A stretch of 64,000 bases of DNA from Eledone cirrhosa (GCA_964016885.1 OZ024762.1:13516001-13580000), one strand, 5' to 3'; positions 15,877-31,783 are shown, numbered from the stretch's first letter. Program-made: numbers and translations. The notes: generated by a model from the letters alone, not told the origin.

Positions 15877-16087
15877 CACACATACACTCGCACATATATA
15901 TATATACATACACACACACGCACACATATATATACATATATATATATATTTATATATATATATATACAAACATATATATAGATATATATATATATATACT
16001 CACATATATATGCACATATTCACAAATATATATCCACAGATACACATGCATATATACCCATACACACACACACATATACACACGCAC

Positions 16088-16138
<51 letters not shown>

Positions 16139-16398
16139 CATAAGAGGAGAAGAATGACAAAAATTCAGTCGTCTTCACTTTTACCCTCCTCCTCTCTCAC
16201 TCCTTTATACACACACACACACATACCCACACACACACTCATATATATATACACACACACACAAATATATACACATATGTGTGTGTGTGTGTGTATGACT
16301 GCGTATACATATATATAGGCATGTATGTGTATATGTGTGTATACACATAGAGTAAGACATTAACAGTCACCTGCCCACACATACTCGCACACTGACAC

Positions 16399-16429
<31 letters not shown>

Positions 16430-16554
16430 AACTCACACACACACACATGCACACAGACACACACACACTCACACATACACCTCGTAAATAATTAAAAAGC
16501 ACAGTTAACTGATTTCATGGAAGTTAAATAATCTATAACTCACACACGTACACT

Positions 16555-16586
<32 letters not shown>

Positions 16587-17024
16587 CACAGACAGAGATA
16601 CAGACACACACACACACTCACACACATATATATATACAGACATGTACACACACACATATACACAGACAGAGATACATACACACACACACTCACACACATA
16701 TATATATATATATATACAGACATGTACACACACATATATACACAGACAGAGACATACACAGACACATATACACAGACACACACATATATATACACAGACA
16801 CGTACACACACACATATACAGAGACAGAGAGACATACACACACACACACACACACACAAACATATATATACAGACATGTACACACACATATATACACAGA
16901 CAGTCATACACACACATATATATATACAGACACGTACACACACACATATATACACAGACAGACACACACATACACACATATATATATATATGTATACACA
17001 CACACATACACACATATATATATG

Positions 17025-17059
<35 letters not shown>

Positions 17060-17150
17060 TAATACCTCCAGTACTGTTACCACCGCCAACACAATAACCA
17101 CCACACTCACAGAGAGAAACAACTGCAGCGCCGCCACCATCTCTCTCTCC

Positions 17151-17219
<69 letters not shown>

Positions 17220-17221
17220 AA

Positions 17222-17256
<35 letters not shown>

Positions 17257-17305
17257 ATTATATATATTTGCATGTATGTATATATATATGTATATATATA
17301 TATAT

Positions 17306-17356
<51 letters not shown>

Positions 17357-17615
17357 TATATATGTTTGCATGTATGTATATATGTATATATCTATATATG
17401 TGTGTGTATATATATATATATAGTTTATTGGTGTGTAACGTAATTATCATGCTATATTGAGACCTCGTTCCTCTTTATTATACATACATACATACATACA
17501 TATACATATATATTTATATTTATATATACATACACATATATATATATTTATATATACATACATATATATATATATTTATATATATACATATATATATATA
17601 TTTATATATACATAC

Positions 17616-17649
<34 letters not shown>

Positions 17650-18115
17650 GCATACATATATATATTTATATATATTTATATATATATTTATATATACATA
17701 TATATATTTATATATATATACACACACATATATATACATAGAGAGAGAGAGAGAGAGTAAAATTATACTTATACGTAGGTAATAAAATAAGCGAGAAAAT
17801 CTCGATCAGTTAAGGTTATCGGAGCAACTAGTAGAACACAACGCCCTCTAGGTGCTTTAAAATATATACACAAAAGAAAGGGAGATAATACTAATATAAT
17901 TAGTTGATCAACATTTTCAGACATTCCAACCAATACATATTGGGGAAGATTTAGATTTTAAAAGAAATATCTCGCTCTGTTCTGGTTTACTTATGATTCA
18001 ACAATGTTCTATTCGTGACCAACTCGTACTGACAGCCCATCAGTACCAGTAATACACTGATATAATTGCTGACCTTGTGCCGAAAGTAGAAACAATTATA
18101 TATATATGTATGTTT

Positions 18116-18328
18116 AATGATTTCTACTATAGGCACAAGGCCAGTAATTAGGGGAGGAGGGGAAAGTCGATTAAATCGACCCCAGTAAATTACTGGTACT
18201 TTATTTTATCGATCCCGGTTAAGGATGAAAGGCAAATGTTAACTTCGGCCGGATTTGAAACTCAGATCATAAAGGGGCGTAACTCTATGCTGCAAAGCAT
18301 GGCGCCCGACCCTCTACCGATACTGCCA
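18116..18328 (-). mobile_element. MetaSINE-like SINE (tail-to-tail with a + fragment at 18042-18097)
   Basis: Reverse complement matches family consensus. Confidence 0.85.
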
Positions 18329-18468
18329 TATATGTATAATGCCATATTGTCCACGGGGTACAACTGATACCCCACTCAGACACGGGGGGGAGGGGGGATC
18401 CTGTCCCTTCCTTTCTCCATTACTTGATTCACTTTTTTACTGTTTCTTCTTTTCATTTCGATTTTATC

Positions 18469-18500
<32 letters not shown>

Positions 18501-19012
18501 TTTTGTACCCTTTAATATTGAACATCAATTTGAGAATGCGATCGATCTTAACAGGTTTACGAAGATTGGGATCGATCTCTGCATTAATCGATAGATTGTC
18601 AGCCTAAACTTCTCATTGTAGTCTAGATAATAAGACATCATTAACAAACTACATATCTTGTATACACACAGTTACACGCATTGTGTGTGTGTGTGTGTGT
18701 ATGTTTATATATAGGTATATATGTGTATATATAAACATGTATGTATGTATATATATATATATGTGTGTGTGTGAATGTGTATGTATGTATATATATATAT
18801 GTATGTATACCTGTATATGTATGTATATATGTTTGTATACATGTATATATGTATATGTATGTGTACCTGTATATATGCATCTGTATCTATACATGGATAT
18901 ATACATATACATGTATATGTATGAATACATACATATACGTGTATATATATATATATATATATACACATGTATATGTGTGTATGCATGTGTGTATATTTGT
19001 AAGTATATCTAA

Positions 19013-19055
<43 letters not shown>

Positions 19056-19770
19056 CACATATGTATACATGTATATATATATACATGTATATATACGTGT
19101 GTATATATATGTAGATAAACAATTACATGTTTTATAGACACAAAATATTTACTTTACAAAGAATTAAATTAAAATTTTAATAACTGCTTAGAAAGTTAAA
19201 CAACACAATAACAACAATGGCGGTACGATGTTAAATGTAAATATATATCGATCTCTATATCTATCTATCGATCTATATATCTCTCTCTATATATATGTCT
19301 GTCTATCTATCTATCTCTCTATATATATATACATATTTATTTATCTGTCTATATCTTTCTATCTATCTATCTCCCCGTCTCTCTCTACTCACACATACAT
19401 ACACACACACAAACACATGCTGAGATATATATATATGTGTGTGTGTGTGTGTGTATTCACGCAAACATATACATACATGCATAAAAACATATATACGCCA
19501 AGTAAATATAGGTTTCAGAAAGATACACACACACTGACATACACACACTCACAAACTAATAGATTCACACACACGCACTCCCCCCCGACACCCCGCCACC
19601 ACATACATACCTAGAGCGGAAGCAATGACAGTAACAATAAATAGATGAAGGCATCAAAACAAAAACAACAAAAAATAAAAACAATTAATGGCGAATAGAA
19701 GCTACCCCGCATCTCCTCACAATCACCACACCCCACAATCTCCACTACATCCCCCCACACTCCCCCACAT

Positions 19771-20254
19771 CACCACCACCAACACCACCACCACCAACAC
19801 CACCACCACCAACACCACCACTACCAACACCACCACTACCACCACCACCAACACCACCACCACCAACACACCACCACGAACACCACCACTACAAACACCA
19901 CCACTACCAACACCACCACCACCCCCACCACCAACACCACCACTACCAACACCACCACTACCAACACCACCACTACCAACACCACCACCACCAACACCAC
20001 CACTACCACCACTACTAACACCACCACTACCAGCACCACCACTACCAGCACCGCCACCGCCACCACCGCCAACAACAGCATCACCACCACCAGCATCACC
20101 ACCACCACCACTACCACCACCAACACACCACCACCGACACACCACGACCAACACACCACTACCAACACCACCACTACCAAAAAACACCACCACCACCAAC
20201 GCACCACCACCACCACAACACACCACCACCACCGCCACCAACAACAACAACAAC
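19771..20254. repeat. degenerate (CCA/CAA)n
   Basis: Direct reading of the sequence. Confidence 0.95.
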
Positions 20255-20444
20255 TGTTAAAGTATGATTTCTTGGAAAAGGGGGAAAAATATAATGAAAT
20301 TTTTCAAGCTACATTCTAGGATATTCTTATTAAAACATATTGAATATATAACATGCTTTTGTGTGTGTATATATATATACACATATATATATATACATGT
20401 ATATATACACATGTATATATGTATATATATACATATATATATAC

Positions 20445-20491
<47 letters not shown>

Positions 20492-20613
20492 GTGTAGATT
20501 GTTCTGATTATATATTTATATAATTGCCATACATATACGCAATTCAACATACACACACATACATATATATGTGTATGTATATAACATGCATTTGAGTATA
20601 TGTACATGTATGC

Positions 20614-20681
<68 letters not shown>

Positions 20682-20783
20682 ATAACACGTACCCAAACAG
20701 ACATGGATTCAAACAGCCACAGAAATGTCGGTATTTACTGAATATATATATAAATATATATACACATATGCTGATACTTGTAT

Positions 20784-20825
<42 letters not shown>

Positions 20826-20917
20826 GCATAGACATGTTTATTGATGTACATATATCTGTGTTTGTACACACACATATATACATACAATATATATATATAT
20901 TTGTATATAATATATAT

Positions 20918-21010
<93 letters not shown>

Positions 21011-21585
21011 TATACATATATAGTTATTTTCTATGGTGGCTTTCCTCAATTTCAATCTATAGAAATATGTAAAGCAGGTAAGAGAGATCGATGTAGAAAT
21101 CAATGAGATTCATAATCGATTCATTTCTTTAGAAGAGAATCACCTTTCTTTAATTACTTTAAGGTTTCTAAAGGAGAGGAACCAACCTTATATGACAGCT
21201 ACACACATACACACACATGTACACACACAAGCACACACACACACATACACTCGCTATCTATACCCTTTCCTACACACTCATACACATTCACACAAACACC
21301 ATGTCTTTCTATCTATCTCTTTTCCTGCTCACACAGACATATCTGTGTATATATGTGCATATACATACACGCACACAAAGAAATATATGTGAATATACAT
21401 ACACGTACAAACATAGGTGTGCCTGGATGTATATATTAGGAGAATATGAATTGAAAGGTAAATGTTAAAATATTGATAACAATGAAGTTGTGACGTAACC
21501 TTGCAGTTCTTTATAGGCTCTTATATTTCGGGATAAAAATCCTCTCATCAACATTATTTTCTGGTCTAATCGTTATTATTTTACT

Positions 21586-21776
21586 GGAGTTGTGAATTGG
21601 CAGTATCGGTAGAGGGTCGGACGCCATGCTTTCCAGCATAGTTACGTCCCTTTACGATCTGAGTTCAAATCCCGCCGAGGTTAACTTTGCCTTCCATCCT
21701 TACGGGGTCGACAAAATAAAGTACCAGTAATGCACTGGGTAATTGCTGGCCTTGTGCCTAAAGTAGAAACAATTAT
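21586..21776 (+). mobile_element. MetaSINE-like SINE
   Basis: Matches family consensus. Confidence 0.88.
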
Positions 21777-22790
21777 TTTACTGTAGTTGAGTTTACTCAA
21801 GAAAAATCGACGGTAAAATTCATATTTATTAACAGCTTAGAAGATTTTGGTTTAAATGTTTCAGCTTGACAAAAACATTGGATTTTGAGCTTAGCCGAGG
21901 TTTAATAATATTTGAAACACTGTAATGTTTGTGATTGGTATAAATGATGTTAGGGCGATACAGATAATACAACAAAGATGACAACGACGTCAGCGACAAC
22001 AACAACAATATCAACAATATCAATTGAAACGATGACAAGAAGAATAAGAACAAAATAAACTACAGCAACAATACTGACTACATAATGACTACAATAACGC
22101 TGACAACAACAACAACAACAACAACAACCACATTGGCAGCACAGCACGGAAATATCAACAAAGACGGTGATGACATCAACAAAGGACAATGACAATAACA
22201 TCAACAATAATAAGAAAACCTAACATCACCAGTGAACCTCTTCCAACAACAATAACAAGAACTACCTAGAAAATATGAATCCATACCGCACCTAGAATTA
22301 ATATGAACTAGCTACCCTCATTACCTCGCCATCGCAGCCACTCACCTCCATCTTAACACTTTAACCAATAACAACAATAGTAACAACAACAGCAACAACA
22401 TAAACAACAACAACAATATAAACAACAACAACAATAGCATCACTAATGGCACCACCAACAATAATAAAAACAATATACCTCCTAACAAATAACAATAACA
22501 ACACCAACAACAGCACCAACAATAACAGCACTAATAACAACACCAACAACAACACCAACAACACTAATAATAACAGCACGAATAACAACACCAACAACAG
22601 CAACAATAACACTAATAACAACAACACCAATAACAACACCAACAACTATAACATCAACAATAACAACAACAACAACAACAATATATTGATTAACCTCAAT
22701 CAACTTAACGCATTTTAAAGTCAAATGTTCCAGAATATTTGACAACAGATCCCACATCAATTAAGATAATGGATGATATGTATGTAGTCA

Positions 22791-22843
<53 letters not shown>

Positions 22844-22871
22844 CCCTCCCAAAGTATAACAATATATATAT

Positions 22872-22938
<67 letters not shown>

Positions 22939-22947
22939 AATATATAT

Positions 22948-23088
22948 ATAGAAGTAGTAACACAAGTTAGTTCACCATACCGAGAACAAATATGGTGAAC
23001 TAACTGTTGTGTTTCTACTTCTACCAAACTCGTCCCATGGACTGAGTGCTTTACCACTACGGATATTACCTTCCAGTGGTCTAACCCC
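22948..23088 (+). mobile_element. fold-back element with a family A-like tail (putative PLE remnant)
   Basis: ~33-bp inverted arms (tagaagtag..gttagttcaccata / tatggtgaactaac..ctacttcta); tail 'ctgagtgctttaccactacggatattaccttcc..aacccc'. Confidence 0.5.
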
Positions 23089-23284
23089 CTCTCTCTCTCC
23101 ATCTCTCCATCTCTCCCTCTCTCTCTCTCTCTCTACATACATATATGCATACATATCTCTATATATACGTACGATAATATATGCTTACATGCACATGTAT
23201 GCATACATTACCTAAATAGGTAAACTCCATTGCAATCAGGCGATAACTTATATCTAAACATCCCCATAGTTACACAGATCCGAC

Positions 23285-23950
23285 TTACGATCATAATGTC
23301 ATGGGTTCGATTCCTGGACAGGGTTGTACGTTGTGTTCTTGAGCAAAACACTTCATATTCACGTTTCTCCAGTATACTCACCTTACAATAAGTACCAGCA
23401 ATAGCTGCGGGTTTAAACCTCTGATGGTCAAGCGTCCTATCCATGGAGGGAGTCTAGGGTGTCCTGGTGGTAAGGGTGCTGGACTTGCGATCATAATGTC
23501 GTATGTTCGAATCCTGAATTAAATTGTATGTTGTGTTCTTTTGCTGAAAAAACCCACTTCATTTCGCGTTGCTCCAGTATATTCCGCTTAAAATAAATAC
23601 CAGCAATAACTGGGGCTTTAACCCTGTGATGGACTGGCGTCCTATCTATGGGAAAGTCTTGTACTTTTAGTCGCTTAATGCCACGAAACTGGGATAGGTA
23701 CCGGCCTGACAAGTGTCAAGGCTTGAGACAGGCTAGGACATTGTTGGACTGGTGTTCTGTCCAGTGGGGAGTATTGTACTCTCAGTGGTTTCGCGCCACG
23801 AAACCAGGATAAGCATTGGCCTGGTGAGCCTCTGGACTTAAGACAGACTTAACTTGTGATGGACTAGTGTTCTTTCCAGGGGCAAGTCTGGAATTCTGTC
23901 TCTTGTTGGGATAAACACTAGCCTGATTAAGCTCCTGTCATGAGACAGAC
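23285..23950 (+). mobile_element. tandem old CORE-type SINEs with reiterated 3' module
   Basis: Box B 'gggttcgattcc' and 'gttcgaatcc', CORE 'tgtgttcttgagcaaaacactt', module 'gatggactggcgtcctatc..gccacgaaactgggata' repeated 3-4 times. Confidence 0.7.
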
Positions 23951-24299
23951 TTTAGAGACATTAAACTATTGTAATGGACATATTTCCAAAGCAGTGCGAT
24001 CAAACTCTGGATCTCATCATTGCGAAGCAAGCGACGTAACCATTCAGCCATTTCTGTATTATAAAATTCTGAAAGGCTTTCAGCAGAGCCTCAATGATAT
24101 GCCATTCAGTTCAATGAGATCATTAGATCAAAGTAATTGATTTATAGCTTATTGAACTTTAGAAATCTCCAACAATTTAATAAAATGTATTTTCTTGGTA
24201 ATCAGAAAATTCAATGCAGAAATATGTTTGAATATTTTCATGCTAAAGAATCAAGCACATACATATAAATATATACATATATACATACATACATGCATG

Positions 24300-24349
<50 letters not shown>

Positions 24350-24524
24350 TGCATGCATAAGAATCACTCGTTGTACGTTGAATATTTCTCTGTTTTCATT
24401 GTTTAAAAATGTAATCCGCCATTTTAGCTCCAATGAATTCAGTTTAATTGTGGGATATTGAGAATATAAAATGAACTATGAGGAACGGATTCCTTGAAAG
24501 ACGAACAGGCAGAAACATACATTC

Positions 24525-24570
<46 letters not shown>

Positions 24571-24828
24571 GTAATTCACATACACAAACATATGTATAAA
24601 GTGTATACACATATATGTATATAATATATATATATATATATACCATACTTATATGTGTAAATATATTTATATATATCACATATGTATGTATACACATACA
24701 CATACCCCCCCCCCCCCCCCACACATACACACAAATGCTTACTCACTAAGACACAAACACACTCACGCAGATATCAACGCATTTGCAAACACTTACATGC
24801 GTAAACAATCGAACGGAATCTACAAAGC

Positions 24829-24959
<131 letters not shown>

Positions 24960-24984
24960 TATTTATATACATTATATATATATA

Positions 24985-25173
24985 TGGTGGTGGATTGGCA
25001 GTATCGGTAGAGGGTCGGACGCCATGCTTTCCAGCATAGTTACGTCCCTTTACGATCTGAGTTCAAATCCCGCCGAGGTTGACTTTGCCTTTCATCCTTA
25101 CGGGGTCGGTAAAATAAAGTACCAGTAATACACTGGGGTAATTGCTGGCCTTGTGCCAATAGTAGAAACAATT
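24985..25173 (+). mobile_element. MetaSINE-like SINE
   Basis: Matches family consensus. Confidence 0.88.
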
Positions 25174-25738
25174 ATATATATTTATATATATACAATGTAT
25201 ATATATATATATAGTGTGTATATATATGTGCATATATATATATATATATATTGTATATATTAATGTATACACAGGCAGACACACGTATACATAGTTTCAT
25301 TGCATTCTGGGATAAGATTGAATGGTAGTTCCAGTAAAAGTTTAGAACGGAAATAAGGAAGAAGTAAAGATCATTCTGGAACAAAAACATAAAATGGCGG
25401 AGACTGTATGATAGAAATCATTTTACAGTTTACACATTTGGAACTAATATAGTTTTATTGTGTGTTCTGTGTCTGGTGTGTGTGGTGTGTGTGTGTGGTG
25501 TGTGTGTGTGTATGGAACTAATGTCGTCTTGTGTGCGATGTGTGTGTATGTACCTTATGTGTGTGTGTGTGTGTGTATACCTTGGTTGTGAGTGTGTGTA
25601 TACCTTGGTTGTGTGTGTGTGTGTGTGTTTATATATATATGTGTATATATATATACAGGTGTGTGTGTGTGTGTGTATATATATATACATACACGTGTGT
25701 GTGTATATATATATATATACATACACATATACACACGG

Positions 25739-25769
<31 letters not shown>

Positions 25770-26092
25770 CATGTGTGTGTATGTGTGTATATGGTTTCAA
25801 TTTGATTTACGACTCCCAAAGACAAAATAAAATCAACCGCAACACACACAATGAACGCTGCAGCACAGTTGTATATATATATACACACATATATACACAC
25901 AAATGTATATACATATAACTCAAACACACAATATATATATATACAGACAGACCTATCAATCTTTGTACCTGTCTATATATATACACGCAATGTCTCTCTC
26001 TCTATCTCTCTCTCTCTATATATATATATACACATCTCTCTCTCTATATATATATATACACATCTCTCTCTCTATATATATATATATACACA

Positions 26093-26126
<34 letters not shown>

Positions 26127-26153
26127 GTCATCTCTCTCTCTCTCTCTCTCTCC

Positions 26154-26184
<31 letters not shown>

Positions 26185-26280
26185 CACATCTCTCTCTCTC
26201 TATATATATATACACATCTCTCTCTCTATATATATATATACACATCTCTCTCTCTCTATATATATATGTATATATACGCA

Positions 26281-26311
<31 letters not shown>

Positions 26312-26354
26312 TCACATCTCTCTCAATCTCTATATATATATGTATATATACGCA

Positions 26355-26402
<48 letters not shown>

Positions 26403-26440
26403 TCTCTCTCTATATATATATATATATGTATATATACACA

Positions 26441-26475
<35 letters not shown>

Positions 26476-26489
26476 GCATGTATCTCTCC

Positions 26490-26538
<49 letters not shown>

Positions 26539-27138
26539 TATTCCTAATAAATCACATTGTGGCATATCATTGTTGTGTGGCAACATCTAATATAATAGAT
26601 GACATCTGTTGAGATTCCATTGCTAACCAGTAGTTACTGGTTCTTCACATATGATGGTCTACTTATGCTGGTATACCTGACACACCGAAACACTATATAC
26701 ACCGCTCTATATATACACGTATGTATATATATATGTATATATATGTATATATGACTATATATATATATGACTATATATATATGTATGTATATATATGTAT
26801 ATATGACTATATATATATATGACTATATATATATATAAATATATATATATGACTATATATATATTTCGTTTCTGATATATTTATATATATATATATATCA
26901 TATATATATATATATATATAATATATATATTTATATATAATATATATATTTTATATATATAAATATCATATATATATATATATATATATAATATATATAT
27001 TTATATATATATATATATATATAATATATATATTTATATATATATATATATAATATATATATTTATATATATATATATATATCATATATATATTTATCTA
27101 TATATATATATATATATATAATATATATATATATATAA

Positions 27139-27190
27139 ATTAGCCGTCGAAACGGCTTGAGCTCCGCTGTCGGGGTCCTATTCGTTCCTA
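27139..27190 (+). mobile_element. family C fragment (HHR 3' half)
   Basis: 'attagccgtcgaaacggcttgagctccgctgtcggggtcctattcgttccta' inside (TA)n. Confidence 0.7.
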
Positions 27191-27239
27191 TATATTATAT
27201 ATATATATTTAATATATAATATATATATATATATATATA

Positions 27240-27296
<57 letters not shown>

Positions 27297-28395
27297 TGAG
27301 GACAAGGTAATAAGTGAATCAGGAGGCGGGATCTCACACACGGATATATATATATATATATATATTCACCTATAAATGTAAAACAATTTTCGAATTGCCC
27401 CTTTATTTTTTGGAGGGTTCTTTATGTTTATGTCTCCTATTACTCTGACAAGATATATTTTCTCATTATGGAGTACATTCCTTAACCTAATGGCATCAAC
27501 TAACCTTTTCAGAGTGGTAGAATGGTTAGAATTTATATTAATGTACAGTAATTCTCGTTAGGCTCAAACCTACGTCCATATTTATCATTACCTAAATCTA
27601 GATTTATATTTAAGGAGCTAACTACGCTTGGATTTATATCATTGTGATCTTAAAAAGAAAAACTTTAAATGTGATTTCTTTCCTAACAGCTTCCATTGTA
27701 TCGTCATTCATTGCCCAGATGATGATAATCAGATCGAAGATCGAAGCATGTGTATAATGGAATATCTTTCCAGGTAAGAGAAGTCTTGATAATCCAATTC
27801 AATAAATATTCACAAGACTCTGTTTCCTTGTTCAATAGTTTGACGAGACTCCAGAAATAGATTTATTGTGTAATATCAACGATTTCCTATCTTGTCTCAT
27901 TACATCAATTACCGAATCTCTAATTGGAATAAAACCTCTAACCGAATTCTAAAGATTTCAGAAGAATAAAGCTGTTATAGTTGGATACAAATCTAACAAT
28001 CTACCTCATGGAGCTGTGTAAATTTACACAGGTAGTTATTACCTATATTATTGAATCATTTAGTGACAGATAAACTATTATACCATGATGGAAGATTTGT
28101 GTCATGTTTAAGGTTACAAACGACAGAATGTAAAATAATTTTGACTTCACTAACTTCTCCATTTATCCGGCATTATCCAGCATTGACCGGTATTATCCGG
28201 CATCATCCGGCATTATTTCTCTGCTTTTCGGGTTACCAAGATAATTATATTTACGATGTTTAAGATCATGTATGGTACACGTAACTCACAAGATTGTATT
28301 TTATCGTCTGCTCTTTAGGCTGCGGGCTATTTCTATCCTTTCTATATTAACACTATCGTTAATGTCGGATCTACGTGTCCTATAGTTAGGAGTTT

Positions 28396-28750
28396 GGCGG
28401 CGACGAATTGGCAGATTCCTTAGAATGACTGATATAATACCTTGCTGTATTTGTTCTGCCTCTCTGCTCTCTGAGGTCAAATCCCGCCGAGGTCAATTTG
28501 GCGTCTTTACCTTTGCGTGGTTGATGAAAAAAGTACCAGTCAAATACTAGGGTCGATTCTTCCTCTCTCTCGGTTAGGCAGTATCGATAGGGGGTCGGAC
28601 GCCATGCTTTGCAGTAAAGAGTTACGGCCATTTATGGTCTGAGTTCAAATCCAGCCAAGGTTAACTTTGCCTTTCATCCTACGGGGTCGATAAAATAAAG
28701 TACCAGTAATACACTGGCATAATTGCTGGTCTTGTGCCAAAAGTAGAAAC
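28396..28750 (+). mobile_element. two tandem MetaSINE-like SINEs (older 28396-28560, younger 28571-28750)
   Basis: Both match family consensus. Confidence 0.82.
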
Positions 28751-28876
28751 TAGTATATATGATTGTTTCTAGTATATATAATGTGTGTGAGTGTGTCATT
28801 ATACATGTTTGTGCTTGCTAAATTTATTTTGTCTGTCTTTCCATATACATACATAAGTGTGCATGCATGTGAGTGT

Positions 28877-28923
<47 letters not shown>

Positions 28924-29485
28924 TGTGTGTGTATGCGTGTTTAGAGTAATTTCAATTTCAACATCAAATTTGAATATTTAAAACAAAATAAATATTGAAT
29001 TATAAACAAGAATAAAATATCTCATCTAGAATTCATTCAATATATCAAATAAACAAATATATAAATAAATAAACAAGAAATAAAATAGCGATCGTCTGCG
29101 TTGTTTGACATATTCAAAACGAGGCTAATCAGCGCCATTTTTTTTCTATATTTTCTCTCATTTATTTGTATTTAGACAGCAAATGAAAAAATTTTCATCT
29201 TTATATAATGTAAAAAGATTTGTTATTCAAACAAGTTCGTTTTATACAACTTCACTTGATTAATTACTCAACAGATTAACACATTCATAGAAGTTTATAT
29301 ATTATGTGTGCGTATGTGTGCGTATGTGTGTGTATGTATGTGTGTGTGTATGTGTGTGTGTGTGTATTTGTATATATGTGTATATATATATGTGTGTGTG
29401 TATGGATTGTTGTGAGTTTTTAACTCTACCATTTAATTTGATATACATATGTATTTGCGTGTGTGTGTGTGTGTGTGCGCGTGTG

Positions 29486-29554
<69 letters not shown>

Positions 29555-30139
29555 CTTGGTGATTGTGTTTAATTAAAATATGGAATTTCCACGAAGTCAG
29601 CAAGTAAGTATGAATATATAAAAATAATTATTTATTCTTTCTTCATATTTCTGAAATTATAGAATGAGGGTGGGTGGTTCAGGCGGAGCGGGGGTCGGGT
29701 CGAGTCGAGTCAGGTGAGGTCGGGTTTTGTATCCAAAGGGTTAAATCAAAGAATCGTCTGTAGATGACACAAGAACCCAGTAATGAGTTAGTGGGTCTCA
29801 GTAAAATATCAATGGAGTACAAGTCGATTCACAATCACTGTTGCTTCAAGCAGTTAAGATCTCTAAACAGATACATCAACACCAACAACAAAAAATGGCG
29901 TATAACACATTTCTCTCTATAACGTTCGCATTGACGCCATTTTGAAAAATTCTGTCTGTCTTACTTTCATCCATTTATTTTCTTTCTTTCCATCTCTGTT
30001 TTTTTTTGTGTTCAATGTCTTTGTTTGTGTCTTTCGCTCATTCATTTTTTTCTTCTTTTCTTAAATTTGTTAAAATTTCATTCTTTCTCCTTCATTTTTA
30101 CCTTTCATTTTCATCTCTTTCTTTTATATAATCGTAAAA

Positions 30140-30330
<191 letters not shown>

Positions 30331-30892
30331 TTTACTTCTTCATTTTTTCAATTTGACCTTCTTTCTTTCTCCTTCGTATTTTCAATATTTTTTCCTTCTT
30401 TCTTTATTCTTCGTTTTTTTTTCGACTTTCTTTCTTAATTCTTCATTTTTCACCTTCATCATTCTTCTGTTTTGCCTCTTCGTCTATCTTTTTTCTTCAT
30501 CCCTTTCCTTTCATATTCTCATTCTCTCTCCCCCTCTCTGTCCCCCTTCTCTCTCTCTGACTGTATGTCTCTCTCCCTCCCTTTCTACACCCCTCTCTTT
30601 TCGTCCCCATCTCTTTCTTCAACACATCCCTCTCTCTTTCTTCAACACGCCTCTCTCAGTCACCCTCTCTGTCTTTACCACGCCACTCTCTGCCCCTCTC
30701 CTCTCACCACTATCTTACCATAGTACACTAGTAGTACTATCCCTGCCAGCTATCTAGATCCTATCAACTCTATCTTTAGTTAAAGAACCACTTATCACCA
30801 TTACACACCTAAAAACATCTAAAAACAGCTTTTTTTTAAAATAAAATATCTCAACAGATCAACCGACTGATCTCTCCAAACATTTCTGGAAA

Positions 30893-31350
30893 GTTGTTGT
30901 TGTTGTTGTTGGCGTTGCTGTTGTTGTTGGCGTTGCTGCTGTTGTTGGCGTTGCTGTTGTCGTCGTCGTTGCTGCTGCTGCTGCTGCTGCTGTTGTTGTT
31001 GTTGGCGGCGTTGTGGCTGTTGTAGTTGTTGGCGTTGCTGTTGTCGTTGTTGTTGCTGTTGTTGTCGTTGCTGTTGTCGTTGTTGGCGTTGCTGTTGTTG
31101 TTGTTGTTGTTGTTGGCGTTGTGGCTGTTGCTGTTGTCGTTGTTGTTGCTGTTGTCGTTGTTGTTGCTTTTTTTGGCGTTGCTGTTGATGTTGTTGGCGT
31201 TGTGGTTGTTGTTGTTGTTGGCGTTGCTGTTGTCGTTGTTATTGTTGGCGTTGATGTTGTTGTTGTTGTTGTCGTTGCTGTTGTTGTTGTTGTTGTTGCT
31301 GCTGGCGTTGTGGTTGCTGTTGTTGTTGCTGCCGTTGCAGCAGTTGTTCG
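30893..31350. repeat. degenerate (GTT/GCT)n
   Basis: Direct reading of the sequence. Confidence 0.95.
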
Positions 31351-31398
31351 GGTTGGTATTGGTGCTGTTAGTATTGGTATTAGTATTAAAGTTATTAA

Positions 31399-31601
31399 GG
31401 CGGTGGATTGGCAGTATCGGTAGAGGGTCATACGCCATGCTTTGACGCATAGAGTTACGACCCTTTCCCTTCTGAGTTCAAATCCCGCCGAGGTCAACTT
31501 TGCCTTTCATCCTTACGGGGGTCGATAAGGTCGATAAAATAAAGTACCAGTAATGCACTGGGGTAATTGCTGGCCTTGTGCCTAACGTAGAAACAATTAT
31601 T
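31399..31601 (+). mobile_element. MetaSINE-like SINE
   Basis: Matches family consensus, with an internal duplication of 'ggtcgataa'. Confidence 0.88.
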
Positions 31602-31783
31602 ATTACAGTTGTTGGTATTAGTGTTGTTGGTGTTGTTGTTGTTGGTGGTGGCAGAGGCAGTGTTATTGGTATTGCGTTGCTGCTGCTGCTGCTGCTGTTG
31701 GTGTTGGTGGTGTTGGTCATGCTGGTATTGTTATTGGTGCTAGTGTTGCTGGAAATGGTATTGATGTTGTATCTCTTTTCTTA

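Noticed and set aside
26620-26650. HHR-like hairpin (gTGAAGA-accagt..actggt on - strand)
   Set aside because: C3 and the GAAA box are missing
29685-29745. piggyBac-like end 'aaagggttaa'
   Set aside because: No matching opposite terminus found
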